Part shown: positions 1-11,435 of the stretch, piece after piece
How positions within the stretch are numbered: the stretch's first letter is position 1
Layout: each line of letters opens with the position of its first letter
Assembly (NCBI GenBank): GCA_964016885.1
Contig: OZ024740.1
Coordinates: 232,004,001-232,068,000 of the forward strand
Direction of reading: 5' to 3'
Length of the DNA stretch: 64,000 nucleotides
Source: Eledone cirrhosa
Lineage: Eukaryota
The notes under the pieces: model-generated
What the model was told of the DNA's origin: nothing
What the model saw: the letters and a program-made list of their open reading frames with translations, nothing else
The model's database searches: none
Program-made: the position numbers and the translations under genes

Positions 1-235
1 AGGGAGCACTTAATAATAAAAATAGACGAGTTGTTATGTCTTCATTGCGTTTATTGAGTAGTGACGCGCATCTCGCTGTCAATCAGTTCAAGGTTCGGTC
101 TATATCGATCTAGCACGACTCTGGAATCAAAAGCTCGTATTGTGGTAATTATTATTATTATTGTTATTACACACACACACACACAGACACACACATACAC
201 ACACACACATACACACATATATATATATATACATA

Positions 236-507
236 GTGGAGGCACGTGGCCGAGGTGTAAGAGTGTTGGACTTACGATCATAATGTCGTGGGTTCGATTC
301 CTGGGTTGTGTGTTGTGTTCTTGAGCAAAACACTTCATTTCACGTTGCTCCAGTATACTCAGCTGAAAATGAGTATGAGCAATAGCTGGAGGTTTAACCC
401 TGCGATGGACTGGCGTCCTGTCCAGGGGGAGTTTTGTATTCTCAGTCGCTTCATGCCATGAAGCCGGGATAAGCACCTGCCAAATGAGCCTTCTGGCTTA
501 AGACAGA
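236..507 (+). mobile_element. tRNA(Arg)-derived SINE, family A (tRNA head + CORE-like + V-like domain)
   Basis: A box TGGCCGAGGTG, anticodon-like CTTACGAT and B box GGTTCGATTCC, then TGTGTTCTTGAGCAAAACACTT (CORE-like) and CCCTGCGATGGACTGGCGTCCTGTCCAGGGG (V-like). Other copies: 1505-1783(-), 29995-30260(+), 26750-26925(-), 12977-13131(-), 13449-13566(+), 25474-25818(+). Confidence 0.85.
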
Positions 508-590
508 CTTTAGACGTTTTTATATATATACATAGGAGTAGAGGTGCAAGATAATTACGTCCATAGGCGGTATACCGGGTGAGCACTTGA

Positions 591-630
<40 letters not shown>

Positions 631-633
<3 letters not shown>

Positions 634-831
634 GGAGCTTCTACAGGACTAGTACTGTTTCATTCAGATGAAATCTTCAGGAAGCTCTGAAGATTTCATC
701 CTGAAGATTTCATCTGAATGAAACAGTACTAGTCCTGTAGAAGATCCTTCTATAAAATAAAAAAATTTTACTCTGCCATGTATTGAGTACCTTACTTACT
801 GTGGTTATCCCCGACTCAACCCGGGACCTAC

Positions 832-833
<2 letters not shown>
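631..833. mobile_element. PLE pLTR fragment forming a palindrome, flanked by (TA)n
   Basis: 627-680 is the near-perfect reverse complement of 701-754 and contains a hammerhead core. Confidence 0.7.
635..687 (-). ncRNA. type I hammerhead ribozyme motif
   Basis: Minus strand reads gagcttc CTGAAGA t ttca tc tgaa t GAAA cag tactagtc ctg TA gaagctc. Stem I is 7 bp, stem III is 4 bp and the cleavage triplet is GUA. Confidence 0.75.
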
Positions 834-872
<39 letters not shown>

Positions 873-934
873 TCAAGTGCTCACTCTGTATACCGACTAC
901 TGACGCGGTCAGTCTTTTACCTTCCATTATATTT

Positions 935-1285
935 TGACGTATAGAGTTACGGCCCTTGCCATTCTGAGTTCAAATCCCGCCAAGGTTAACTTTGCCTTTC
1001 ATCCTTACGGGGTCGATAAAATAAAGTACCAGTAATGCACTGGGGAAATTGCTGGCCTTGTGCCTAACGTAGAAACAATTATATATATATATATAATTGT
1101 TTCTACTTTAGGCACAAGGCCAGCAATTACCCAGTGCATAACTGGTACTTTATTTTATCGACCCCGTAAGGATGAAAGGCAAAGTTAACCTCGGCGGGAT
1201 TTGAACTCAGAATGGCAAGGGCCGTAACTCTACGCGTCAAAGCATGGCGTCCGACCCTCTACCGATACTGCCAATCCATCGCCCA
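935..1285. mobile_element. two family B SINEs (tRNA head + Nin/Deu-like domain), tail-to-tail around (TA)n
   Basis: B box GAGTTCAAATCCC and GCCTTTCATCCTTACGGGGTCGATAAAATAAAGTACCAG on + (935-1080) and on - (1095-1285). Confidence 0.85.
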
Positions 1286-1504
1286 TTATATATATATATA
1301 TATAATGGAAGGTAAAAGACTGATCGCGTCGCCTGGCAATTTTGGCTTGTATTCGGCAAGAAATTTCAAATGTGTACTGGGGTATAAAGAATTTTTCTCG
1401 AATTTGTGCAGGAAGCGATTTGGCTGAATATGTGAAATTAGTTAACTTGCTAAAGCTTGTCAGTTCTATCAGTCACTAGTTGTAGGGTATGATCAGATAG
1501 AGTC

Positions 1505-1783
1505 TGAAGTCTGTCTTAAGCCAGAAGGCTCATTTGGCCGGTGCTTATCCCGGTTTCATGGCGTGAAGCGACTGAGAGTACAAGACTTACCCCTGGACAG
1601 GACGTCAGTCCATCGCAGGGTTAAACCCCCAGCTATTGCTGGTACTCATTTTCAGCTGAGTAAACTGGAGCAACGTGAAATGAAGTGTTTTGTTCAATAA
1701 CACAACAGGCAACCCAGGACTCGAACCCATGACATTATGAGCGTATGTCCAACACACTTACCACTAAGCCACGTGCCTCCACA
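1505..1783 (-). mobile_element. SINE family A, full length
   Basis: Reverse complement aligns end to end with 236-507. Confidence 0.85.
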
Positions 1784-1994
1784 TGATCATATATGTCACT
1801 GTGAAAAGCTGGCGAAGGAATATTGGACTGGGCTAAAGGAGAACAGGGGAGGTTGTAGAGAATGTTCGGTGTGTATACACAAGCCATACGTTAAGATGAG
1901 GAAAAAATGTGTCAGGTGAGAGGGTAGAAATGGGTAATCGTTAGAAAGGGAGGAAAAGGTAGATGAAGGAATAAAAATAAAATATGGAAGAGGT

Positions 1995-2830
1995 GGGGAA
2001 ACAACGCGAAAAAAGGGTCATAATGAACAATTTCCGAACCATATCTTTGATGCATACAGAGATTAAGATTTTGGTCAGGGAGTTAGCAATGAGATTAGTG
2101 CTTGTTATCGGTTGGTTTATTGGAAATATACAAACTTGCGCAATCTCAAACAGATGAATCCACGGCAACCTAGCCATCAATCATGTCATAGAGATGTCTA
2201 GTATAACTGTCATAGTTTAGATCAATCAAAAGGTCACGATAGGGTGAATTATTGATACTTGAAGAATATCTTGAAGGCAGTCAGTTCTGGCCACATTTTC
2301 AGAGGCTGAATCACCTCAGTGTGCAAATGATATCTGCTCAAAAGTCACATTTCGAAATCGTTTCGAATCACTCGTTCAGTCATTAAAGACTGTTCTTTCG
2401 CACATCCCTTCTATATTCAGTTTCTACCCACACTACTATGGAAAATGGAGGTCTTGAGAAGCATCCCACTAGAACTGAGATGCGGAAAAGTCATGTCAGT
2501 ATAGGTGTATGATGTCAAAGTTATAGAGTCGCACACCACAGAAATCCGGATGATCGACACCGTTCCAAAGAAATATGGTGCGGTGACAGGAGCAAAAATT
2601 AATCCGGACAAGTATGTGGGCTTCCATCCCGATTTTTGAAGAGGTAAGCAAGTTGTCAGATAGCATCGTAAGGTGTGTCCGTTTAGGTTGTATTGGGTCT
2701 GTTTCTGTTCAAACTTCCATGTACGAGATAGAGAAATGGACGTATCTATGAAGTGAGTAGCTAATCACATCCCAAAACGAACTTAGGAAGATCGGGCAAA
2801 CGTGGCGAACACGTACATCACTTCCGTAAA
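1995..2830 (+). pseudogene. old, heavily degraded L1/Tx1-type RT fragment
   Basis: NNFRTISL, TTAGATCAATCAAAAGG..GATAGGGTG (LDQSK.FDRV) and GTGACAGGAGCAAAAATTAAT (TGAKIN) occur in the same order as in 19500-20370. Many stops. Confidence 0.75.
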
Positions 2831-2981
2831 ATAATCCCTATCTAAACATAGTTCTATGCCACAGTTTCAAGTTCGAACTATAATAGGTCTTGCCCCGAGC
2901 TGATCGATAGTGAAACATATGTAATATGTTTTTCAATATGTTATATGATGTAACATTGAATCCTTGTTCCTTATCCTTATA

Positions 2982-3023
<42 letters not shown>

Positions 3024-3351
3024 GCACAGACACATACAAGAACAAACACATACATGCACATACACTCACACAGAAACACACACACAAAAGAACACACACA
3101 GACACACACACAAACAGACACACATACATACAGACACACACACAGACACACACAGACACACACAGACACACACAGACACACACAGACACACACACACACA
3201 CATATATATATATACGTATATATATATATATATATATATACGCACACACACATACAAGAACACACACATACATGCACATACACTCACACAGAAACACACA
3301 CAAAAGAACACACACAGACACACACACACACAAACAGACACACATACACAG

Positions 3352-3396
<45 letters not shown>

Positions 3397-3451
3397 CTAT
3401 AGTGTCTGAAAATGTGAAAACGTATAATAGCAATTTGATAAATAGATATCA

Positions 3452-3645
3452 ATAATTGCTTCTACATTTTGGCACAAGGCCAGCAATTATCAGTACATTA
3501 CTGGTACTTTATTTTATCGACCCCGTAAGGATGAAAGGCAAAGTTAACCTCGGCGGTATTTGAACTCAGAACGGCAAGGGCCGCAACTCTATGCGTCAGA
3601 GCATGGCGTCCGACCCTCTACCGATACTGCCAATCTACCGCCAAA
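3452..3645 (-). mobile_element. SINE family B
   Basis: Aligns with 1095-1285. Confidence 0.85.
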
Positions 3646-3865
3646 TAGATATCAATAATACCCTATACACTAATATGCACCAATTCACCTCCAGTGACTA
3701 TAAATTCACTGTAATATAAATCACAGCAATTAAATATAATAATAGTACATAACAGCATTTAGTTTTAAACAATATTAACTTTTATCCTTGAAGATTATTC
3801 GAACAAGTATTAGTTAAGTTGTGTTATTGAGCCCTTAAAAATTTCGACTGAGTTTTTATTAAAAA

Positions 3866-4361
3866 CTAGCCTAAATTACCCGCGCCTTGCTGCGTTTCAC
3901 ACTTTTTTTTTTTTTTTTTTCTAAGAAAATGATGATTGATTTTAAATCAGTGATATAATTTATGGAGAAAAACTCTGCATTTCAATATTACTCAATGTAA
4001 AATGTAATGCATGAAAAATGAGAAAACATTATTTTTTGTAATATATCAAGTAAAAATTACATTATTAAATCTTATTCTTATTTTGTTTCTTGTAAATAAT
4101 TTTTTTCAGCCATCATATCTGGTCATTTACCTATGGTTTAAATTTTATATAAATCGAAGGGACAACATTTTCAGTGGGGGTTTTGTGCCCCCGGGGAACC
4201 CTTTGATTAAAATGAAATATACTTATCCAAGTACCCTGGGCAATGTATTTGCAGAATATATATGGTTATGGGGATCTATCTCCACAACCATAGGAGTAGT
4301 TCGTGAATAAACAAATAAAGAAACAAATAAACAGACAGGAATACAACTTTATATATATAGA
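3866..4361 (-). mobile_element. non-autonomous Helitron-like element
   Basis: On the minus strand it starts A|TCTATATATATAAA and ends with a GC-rich subterminal segment plus CTAG|T. No TSD. Confidence 0.6.
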
Positions 4362-6254
4362 TTAACATTACGGCACATTTTGACTGACGATATAAAGATA
4401 TGTGTTAAGGGAGAGAACATATCACAGAATTAAAAATGTAGATGTAATAATAACCATTGAGTTATTTCCCTTGAATACTTAATAATTCAAGAAAGGTAAC
4501 TCTTGAAATGAAATTGCTGTGCAATATCAAAGATTATGAGACTTAACATTTGGAGATGTTTTTAAGTTTAGGTTTGGCCTTGTTAATGCGTAGAAAGAGT
4601 ACAGTGCATAAATGTTTCTTTGATTTGTGTAGCGATAGCGTGTTTTTGCCTTTGAAATCGAGAAGTTTATCATGCTTTAAATGAAATATGTTTTTATGAT
4701 GTCTGTTAATGTAGGCAGTGGAAGTCTGAGATAAAGAGGTTAGGTCGCGTATGTATACGGGTGTATTGATATAAATGACATTAAATAATTGGTTAATGAA
4801 CATATGGAAGAGTAAGAGGGCCACAACCAACGCCTAAGAGTTATCAGAATTTAATCTTAACTAGAGACTATCACTAAGGCACGCTTCAACGATGCAGGCT
4901 CACAATGAATATCGGATCCCAGATAAGTGAGATATATTGCAACTTAGCTTGGTAGTTCATATACCAGGCAATTTTTAAAGATTTGCTGAGTAAAATAACA
5001 TGACTTTGCGATCACGGAAAATGTTCATGATGATTGTCATGACGCGAGTAAATACAATTGGCTCTAAAACGAGAACGAGATTTAAAACGGTAAGGTAGGT
5101 GGTTGTTAACGACAACTTCAGCATAGTTCTAGATACAATAGGGGAAGGGATAAATCGATAGTGTACCTGATCAGATACGTTTTAGTAAAGAATTTGCTAT
5201 GAACTGTTTGGAATAATGGATAGACATCATGCTTGGTTGTCAGACTATGACAGAGTTTGAGATTAACGTAGAGTGCTCTGTTTGAACATTTTGTTGCAGT
5301 AATACATTTTCAAGTTTCGAGTACGTGCATTTGGTGAAGAGGCAGGCAGGTGCAACGGGAGAGAGTTTGGAAAATAGTTTATAGGGGGTTAATGTAGAGA
5401 GTAGAATTAGGAGTTGGAAGGAAAACGGGTAACAATTGTGGTACCTTTACTTGCACAAATTCAATACCTAACGTTACCTTATTGCAGAAGATAGAGATAG
5501 ATGGGTTCAGCAATGGTCGTAGAGACCATTTTGACAAAGGAACTGAAGTTTCTGCTGGGATATTTGATTCAATGGAAACAGAGGGAAAAAGGTCAGTCTT
5601 TAAGTTACAGATATGTCAAAAGTGGTTTGAGAATCAGTATGACACATATAGGAAGCTAGCATTTGCATAACGTAATGGACAACTACCAACCTACAGAGAG
5701 CGACGTTCGTTTTTCTTTTGCAATTTTGAGGTAAATGCTGAGACTCGAATCAACAAAACAATGACAGTACGATAGTACTTATTTAGATCTCCAGATCATC
5801 CTGATCTTCAGATCAGAGCATATCAAATATCTGCAATCCATTTTTGGACGTTTAAGGGGTTCTCCTCCAATGACATGAACATCATCCAAAACGCATAATG
5901 AATTATGTAACTGCGGGACAATAGCGACGACAAAAGATGTTTACCATATTTTGTATAGAATTTACAGAGAAATACAAGAACATGAACCCGGCTTCTCCGC
6001 ATGTATAACTACCCAATGTGAAAATTTATACACACACATACACACATATATATATATTGTTATACTTGGGGAGGGTCATATTGTTGTAATAATATTGTCA
6101 GAAATAATAACAGAATACACTCACTGTTTGGTTGGTTTTCGCTTCTGTATCATTTATATCTCCACAGTTAATTCATTTGGTCCTCAATGTTTATCATTGA
6201 CTGACCAACGGTCAAAAATACAGACATAATATAGATATAAACACATATATATAG

Positions 6255-6300
6255 TCTAACAAAGTTCTTTCGTTGCACATCTGCAACATCATCAGTGGTA
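6255..6300 (-). ncRNA. minimal hammerhead ribozyme motif
   Basis: tacca CTGATGA t gttgca gatg tgcaac GAAA gaac TT tgtta. A homolog lies at about 56748-56790(+). Confidence 0.65.
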
Positions 6301-6398
6301 CTATTATGTTTCCTCCTTTTGTATTGTATGTCTACGCCATTTTTATTTTATCTGTTTATTTTATTTTGTCTTCTTCTCTTGTGTATATATTTATTTAT

Positions 6399-6805
6399 TT
6401 ATATTTTTCTTATGTCAGTATTGTTTGTTTGGGTGTTGTTATTCCATTCATTTTTTCTGTTTAGTTTTGGCCTTCTATGCTGTATCTCGCTTGCCTCTCT
6501 GATTTGCCTATCTGCTGGGTCATTTCTATGTTTAAATATTATTTTAATTTCTATGTTGTCTATGTTACCGTCGTGTTGTTGTCTGGCGTCTTCGTATAGT
6601 ACTGAACCGTTTTTTCGTCCTTTTAGTTCCACCCAGTGTTGGTCTATCCTTTCACCTATGCTACGATCTGTCTCGCCTATGTATGTTGTTGTCATGTTTC
6701 CGCAATTACCCTCTGTACATATTATGTTATAGACCACGTTTATAGTTTTACGGTTTATCTGGGGGTTTACTTTATATATAACACATTTCCTATTAGTACA
6801 GTGGG
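6399..6805 (-). pseudogene. PLE GIY-YIG endonuclease domain (5'-truncated)
   Basis: NVVYNIICTEGNC...YIGETDRSIGERIDQH...RQIREASEI...PKLNRKNEW. Confidence 0.9.
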
Positions 6806-7195
6806 TTTTCTTAAAAGGCGAAATATAAATAAATAAATAAATAAATAAATATACACACAAGCACAATAACAACAAACACATATAAACACACACTAGTAAA
6901 CTAAGATAGAATACAATAACCAAAACACAGTCACCCAAACGCGAACAAACACCAAACACTATACACACACGCAAACGCATGCGCAGAGAAGAAGACAATG
7001 ATAAACATTGATTGCCGAATGAATTAACTCTGGAGATATAAAAGATACAGAAGCGAAACCAACTAAACAGTGAGTGTGTTCTGTTATTATTTCTGTCAAT
7101 ATTATTACAACAATATGACCCTCCCCAAGTATAACAATATCTGTTTCGACACACGCTTTCATATCAAAAACCTCGCAAAACTATATATATATATA

Positions 7196-7276
<81 letters not shown>

Positions 7277-7278
<2 letters not shown>

Positions 7279-8044
7279 CGTTTCTGAATTTGTTTAGCAA
7301 GATTTTTTATCTGTAATCGTGTGTTGAAACCGATATTGTTATACTTTGGGAGGGTCATATTGCCAATAAGAAACACACGCACCAGTTGCTTTCACTTTTA
7401 TTACGGATAAATGAAGACTGGCGAGACCTTCAAGATAATAAAGAATCATCTGTACTCTACCAACATGCTAAGATAGAACACAAGGGTAAATTAGAGAAGA
7501 TAGAAATAAAAATAGAATCTACACACAGAAAAGATGCAATGTTTAGACAAATCACAGAGGCAATAAACATAAAAGAATTACAACCAAAATTAAATAGAAA
7601 ATATGAGTGGAACAGCAACATCACAACTTACAATTAAGGACAAAATGAAAACACACACACACATAGAACAAACAAACAACCAATAACATGTAAATAAATA
7701 AATAAATAAACAAATAGATAAATGAACATAAACACACACATACACCCGGATGTGGCGCATGCGCAGACTGAGCACACAACACACACACAGAAACAAAATG
7801 GCGTAGGACAGAACAAAGGAGAGGCACAGAAACAAAGAAAGGAATCCCCAGTCACTGAAGAGGTCACAGAGTGTGTGACGAAAGGACTATGACTATATAT
7901 AAACAACTATCTGGTTGTGGAACCAACCAACCAACCAGAAATTTATAAATTTATAAATTTGTAAATTTATAAATATATAATAAATTGAAGTGAAAGCAAC
8001 TGGTGCGTGTGTTTCTTATTGGCAACATGACCCTCCCAAAGTAT

Positions 8045-8050
<6 letters not shown>
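7277..8050. mobile_element. second related PLE remnant: inverted arm + GIY-YIG C-terminus + pLTR
   Basis: 7335-7398 is the reverse complement of 7988-8050. 7404-7637(+) encodes SVLYQHAKIEH...RQITEAINI...PKLNRKYEW. Both ends abut (TA)n. Confidence 0.85.
7850..7894 (+). ncRNA. minimal hammerhead ribozyme motif
   Basis: agtca CTGAAGA g gtcaca gagtg tgtgac GAAA ggac TA tgact. Confidence 0.75.
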
Positions 8051-8117
<67 letters not shown>

Positions 8118-8501
8118 AAGTTGACGGATGCAGTATAGGTATCAATGCTAGACCGGTTGCATCTGAGAGTACTCATAGATAATGTTAAATATAATCCCAG
8201 AGTATAAACATAGTTATTCGCTTCAATACAACACACGTAAACGGGTACTTATAGTAGTTCCCGAACTCGAGTTTCTGCCACACTTTATTTGTTATTGTTT
8301 TGAGTCTACGGTAGATATACCATTGCCATATGTGAAATCTCTGGTATTCTGATTTGATTAGAGGTAAACACTGTATTTAAGGTCGAGTGAGGCAACTTCG
8401 AGTGATTAGCGGCCTTTAGACTTACCTGATCAATGAAATAAGTGTTAATACTTGAAATAAAACCCCTTGTTGTACAGCCGGCCATGTTATTCTTCATTCT
8501 T

Positions 8502-8546
<45 letters not shown>

Positions 8547-8852
8547 TCCGTAAACTTCTTTCGCTTAGCGCAAAATTTGATATATATCAATATAACCTAG
8601 CAGGATGAGGGCAAATAATGTACAAATGTGTATGTGCAATCCAATGATACTACTACAAGCAATAAGATATACAGGTCTCTCATTTTCTTGTGCTTGTTTA
8701 AATAATGTACATATCTCCAGACAAGAACCCGAAATGTTTCGATAATCGATTCAAGATATTTAGTATTTTGTGTTCAATTTCATGCAGTCTCGATTACGTT
8801 TAGAATGTATTTGGTGATATAAATCCATCGTATACTACGGCTACTTAACGCG

Positions 8853-8957
<105 letters not shown>

Positions 8958-9169
8958 TATACAAGATCTTTGGGTTCTGTACTGATGTCGTGGTAGGCCA
9001 TAGGGTTAGCCTTCTTATATTTAGTGTTGTAAGTAGTGTTGTCGACTTCGTAAATATTATTGGTTTTGTCAGAAAGAACGAAAGTGTTATTGGAAGACCT
9101 AAATTTCTTAATATCATTTCTAAGTTTAGTTTGGAAGGCGTTAGAGTGTTTGCGAATGGAAATGTTAGC

Positions 9170-11106
9170 GACTAAGTCAAGAAGGTCCGCTTCGAAAGGA
9201 GCGAATTCAGTTACCTTAGGAAGGTAGGCTCTCGAGACTTTGCTGCCGCCCTTAAGTTAGATAAGAAACTGCAATGCTTAGCTAAACGTGAGGCGTTTCT
9301 CACCCTGAAGGATCACAAGCTAGACGTTGCTTCTAATCCCACGTGTAGATTACTAAACTTGGCACGCACGGAAATGGGACTAGTAAGTAAGGCTATTCTT
9401 AGAAACATAGTTAAGACTATTAGGACCAAGTCCAACCTGTCCCAGTGGGAGAACAGTGACTCCGTCATTAAGTGGTTTAACTCCTTCAACTCCCAAAAAA
9501 GCAAAGTTCACGCAATTCGACATTGTAGATTTTTACCCGTCGATCTCAGAGACCCTGTTAAACAAAGCGTTGGACTTTGCTACCACTTATACTACCGTCC
9601 ATGTTTTAGACAGGGAGATCATCGCACGCTGCCGGAAAACCCTCCTCTTCAACAACGGAGTAGCCTGGGCAAAGAAGTCAACCACTTCAGAACTATTCGA
9701 CGTCTCCATGAGATCGTTCGACAGTGCTGAGGTATGCGACTTGGTTGAATTATTTATTTTAGATATATTACGTGTTAGATTCCCGGACTTCCACACAAGA
9801 ATATACCGCGACGATGATCTGACCTTATCGAGCCATAAAAGTGGTCACAACCTGGACCGGTTTAAAAAAGTTTTAACATCTACTTTTAATGAGTTAGAAA
9901 CTTAGGATAGCGGTAGCTACCAACCTCTCTAGCGTAGATTTCTTAGACATTAATTTAGACCTTCGCAAACATACCCTTAGACTCTTCCAGAAGCTAAACG
10001 AAAAACTTAATTACATACACAAGGACTCATGCCACCTCCTACTGTTTTTAGAAACTTCGTAAATAATATCAATACTAGAATCTCTAACCTCTCCTCTAAT
10101 AAGGCTATCTTTGAAAGAGCGGCCCCCTACTATAACACGGCGTTAGCTAACAGAGTCTTCTCGCAACAAATTAATTACTCCCCCACTAACAACAACAGCA
10201 ATAAGAAAAGAAATCGTAACAATAGACAAACTGTCTGGTTCTTTCTTCCCTTCTTACTCAACGTTAAAACTAATGTAGGAAAATATTGTTAGCCTTCTTA
10301 GATAGACACTTTCCTATAGGTCACAAATACCGCTCCATCATTAACAGACACAGAGTAAAACTAGGGTACTCCTGCGCTAAGAAAATGAAGACCCACATCA
10401 CCAATATTCCTAAGAGCGACACCCCACCAGGGTGCACTTGCCGAAAGCCTGAAGCAATGCAACACACCCGCTGTAGTCTATGAAGCTGTGGTCACTTCCA
10501 ACCGACCAAATCAACCTTAGGTGGTCAAATCCTATGTGGGTATGGTGCAGGGCCGATTTAAGGAACGCTTCCTGAACCATCAGTCGACCTTTAGGTATCC
10601 GGACAAACGATCATCCACGAAGCTCGCGAGCCACGTATGGTCCCTCAAAGACTCAGGTATAGACTACTCCATTCAATGGAAAGCTAACACTAAGTCCAAG
10701 CCATACGCAAGGGGCAATCCGTCTTGTGAACTGTGTATTGAAGAAAGGATAAATATTCTAAGGAGATTACGCAATAGAGATTGCCTAAATCAAGATATGA
10801 AATCTTCTCACGTTGTCCACATGTCTAGAAACACCTCTTGATTAACTATAAAGCTCCGGATTAAATAACAACAACATTCTAATTTTCTAATCAACTCGAA
10901 CATATTATTCTGGACACTCGCAGTTATTTCCCTTACACCTTTCGCCCGTGGTTTTGTATCGCCTGGGTGAAGTGACCGTTTCTGTGCATGTGCGTTCATA
11001 CGGTTGTTCTCGGTATGGTGAACTAACTGTTGTGACTACTTCTACCAAACTTGTCCCATGGACTGAGTGCTCTACCACTATGGATATTACCTTCCAGTGT
11101 TCTACC
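9170..11106 (+). mobile_element. Naiad-like PLE (RT + C-terminal GIY-YIG), frameshifted, with 3' pLTR
   Basis: RT motifs FDIVDFYPSI, FDVSMRSFDSAEVCDLV and IYRDDDL. Linker CTCRK..C...VVYEAVV. Endonuclease YVGMVQGRFKERFLNH...TKLASHVWSLK...CELCIEER..RCPH. The pLTR 10920-11098 matches 24250-24500. Confidence 0.88.
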
Positions 11107-11211
11107 TCTCTCTCTCTCTCTCTCTCGTTCTCCCCCTCTCCCTCTTTTTCCTCTCTGTCTCACTCTCTCTCTCTCTTTCTATCTCTATCTCTCTCTATAT
11201 ATATATGTATG

Positions 11212-11299
<88 letters not shown>

Positions 11300-11320
11300 T
11301 TATATATATATGTAAGTATG

Positions 11321-11435
<115 letters not shown>

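Larger units (their letters stand above)
6056..7181. mobile_element. PLE remnant: GIY-YIG 3' end with pLTR on -, plus an inverted pLTR on +
   Basis: About 140-bp inverted arms (6056-6200 vs 6996-7141), GIY-YIG on -, an HHR, and both ends abutting (TA)n. Confidence 0.85.

Noticed and set aside
236-310. tRNA-Arg gene
   Set aside because: No proper acceptor stem, and it continues into a multi-copy SINE body.
4830-5760. Faint PLE-like coding traces on the minus strand (also 8300-8500 and 11600-12450)
   Set aside because: Only scattered 3-5 residue resemblances. A translated profile search would be needed to support them.
7115-7181. Shared ATTGTTATACTTKGGGAGGGTCAT ends read as DNA-transposon TIRs or an antisense hammerhead
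   Set aside because: The opposite strand is the conserved ORF start MTLPKYNNI, and the enclosed GIY-YIG and HHR indicate inverted PLE pLTRs.
9170-10860. Possible selenoprotein-encoding Naiad
   Set aside because: Conserved Cys positions (CTCR, CELC, RCPH) use TGY codons here and at 23984-24185. No in-frame TGA at those sites and no SECIS was recognised.
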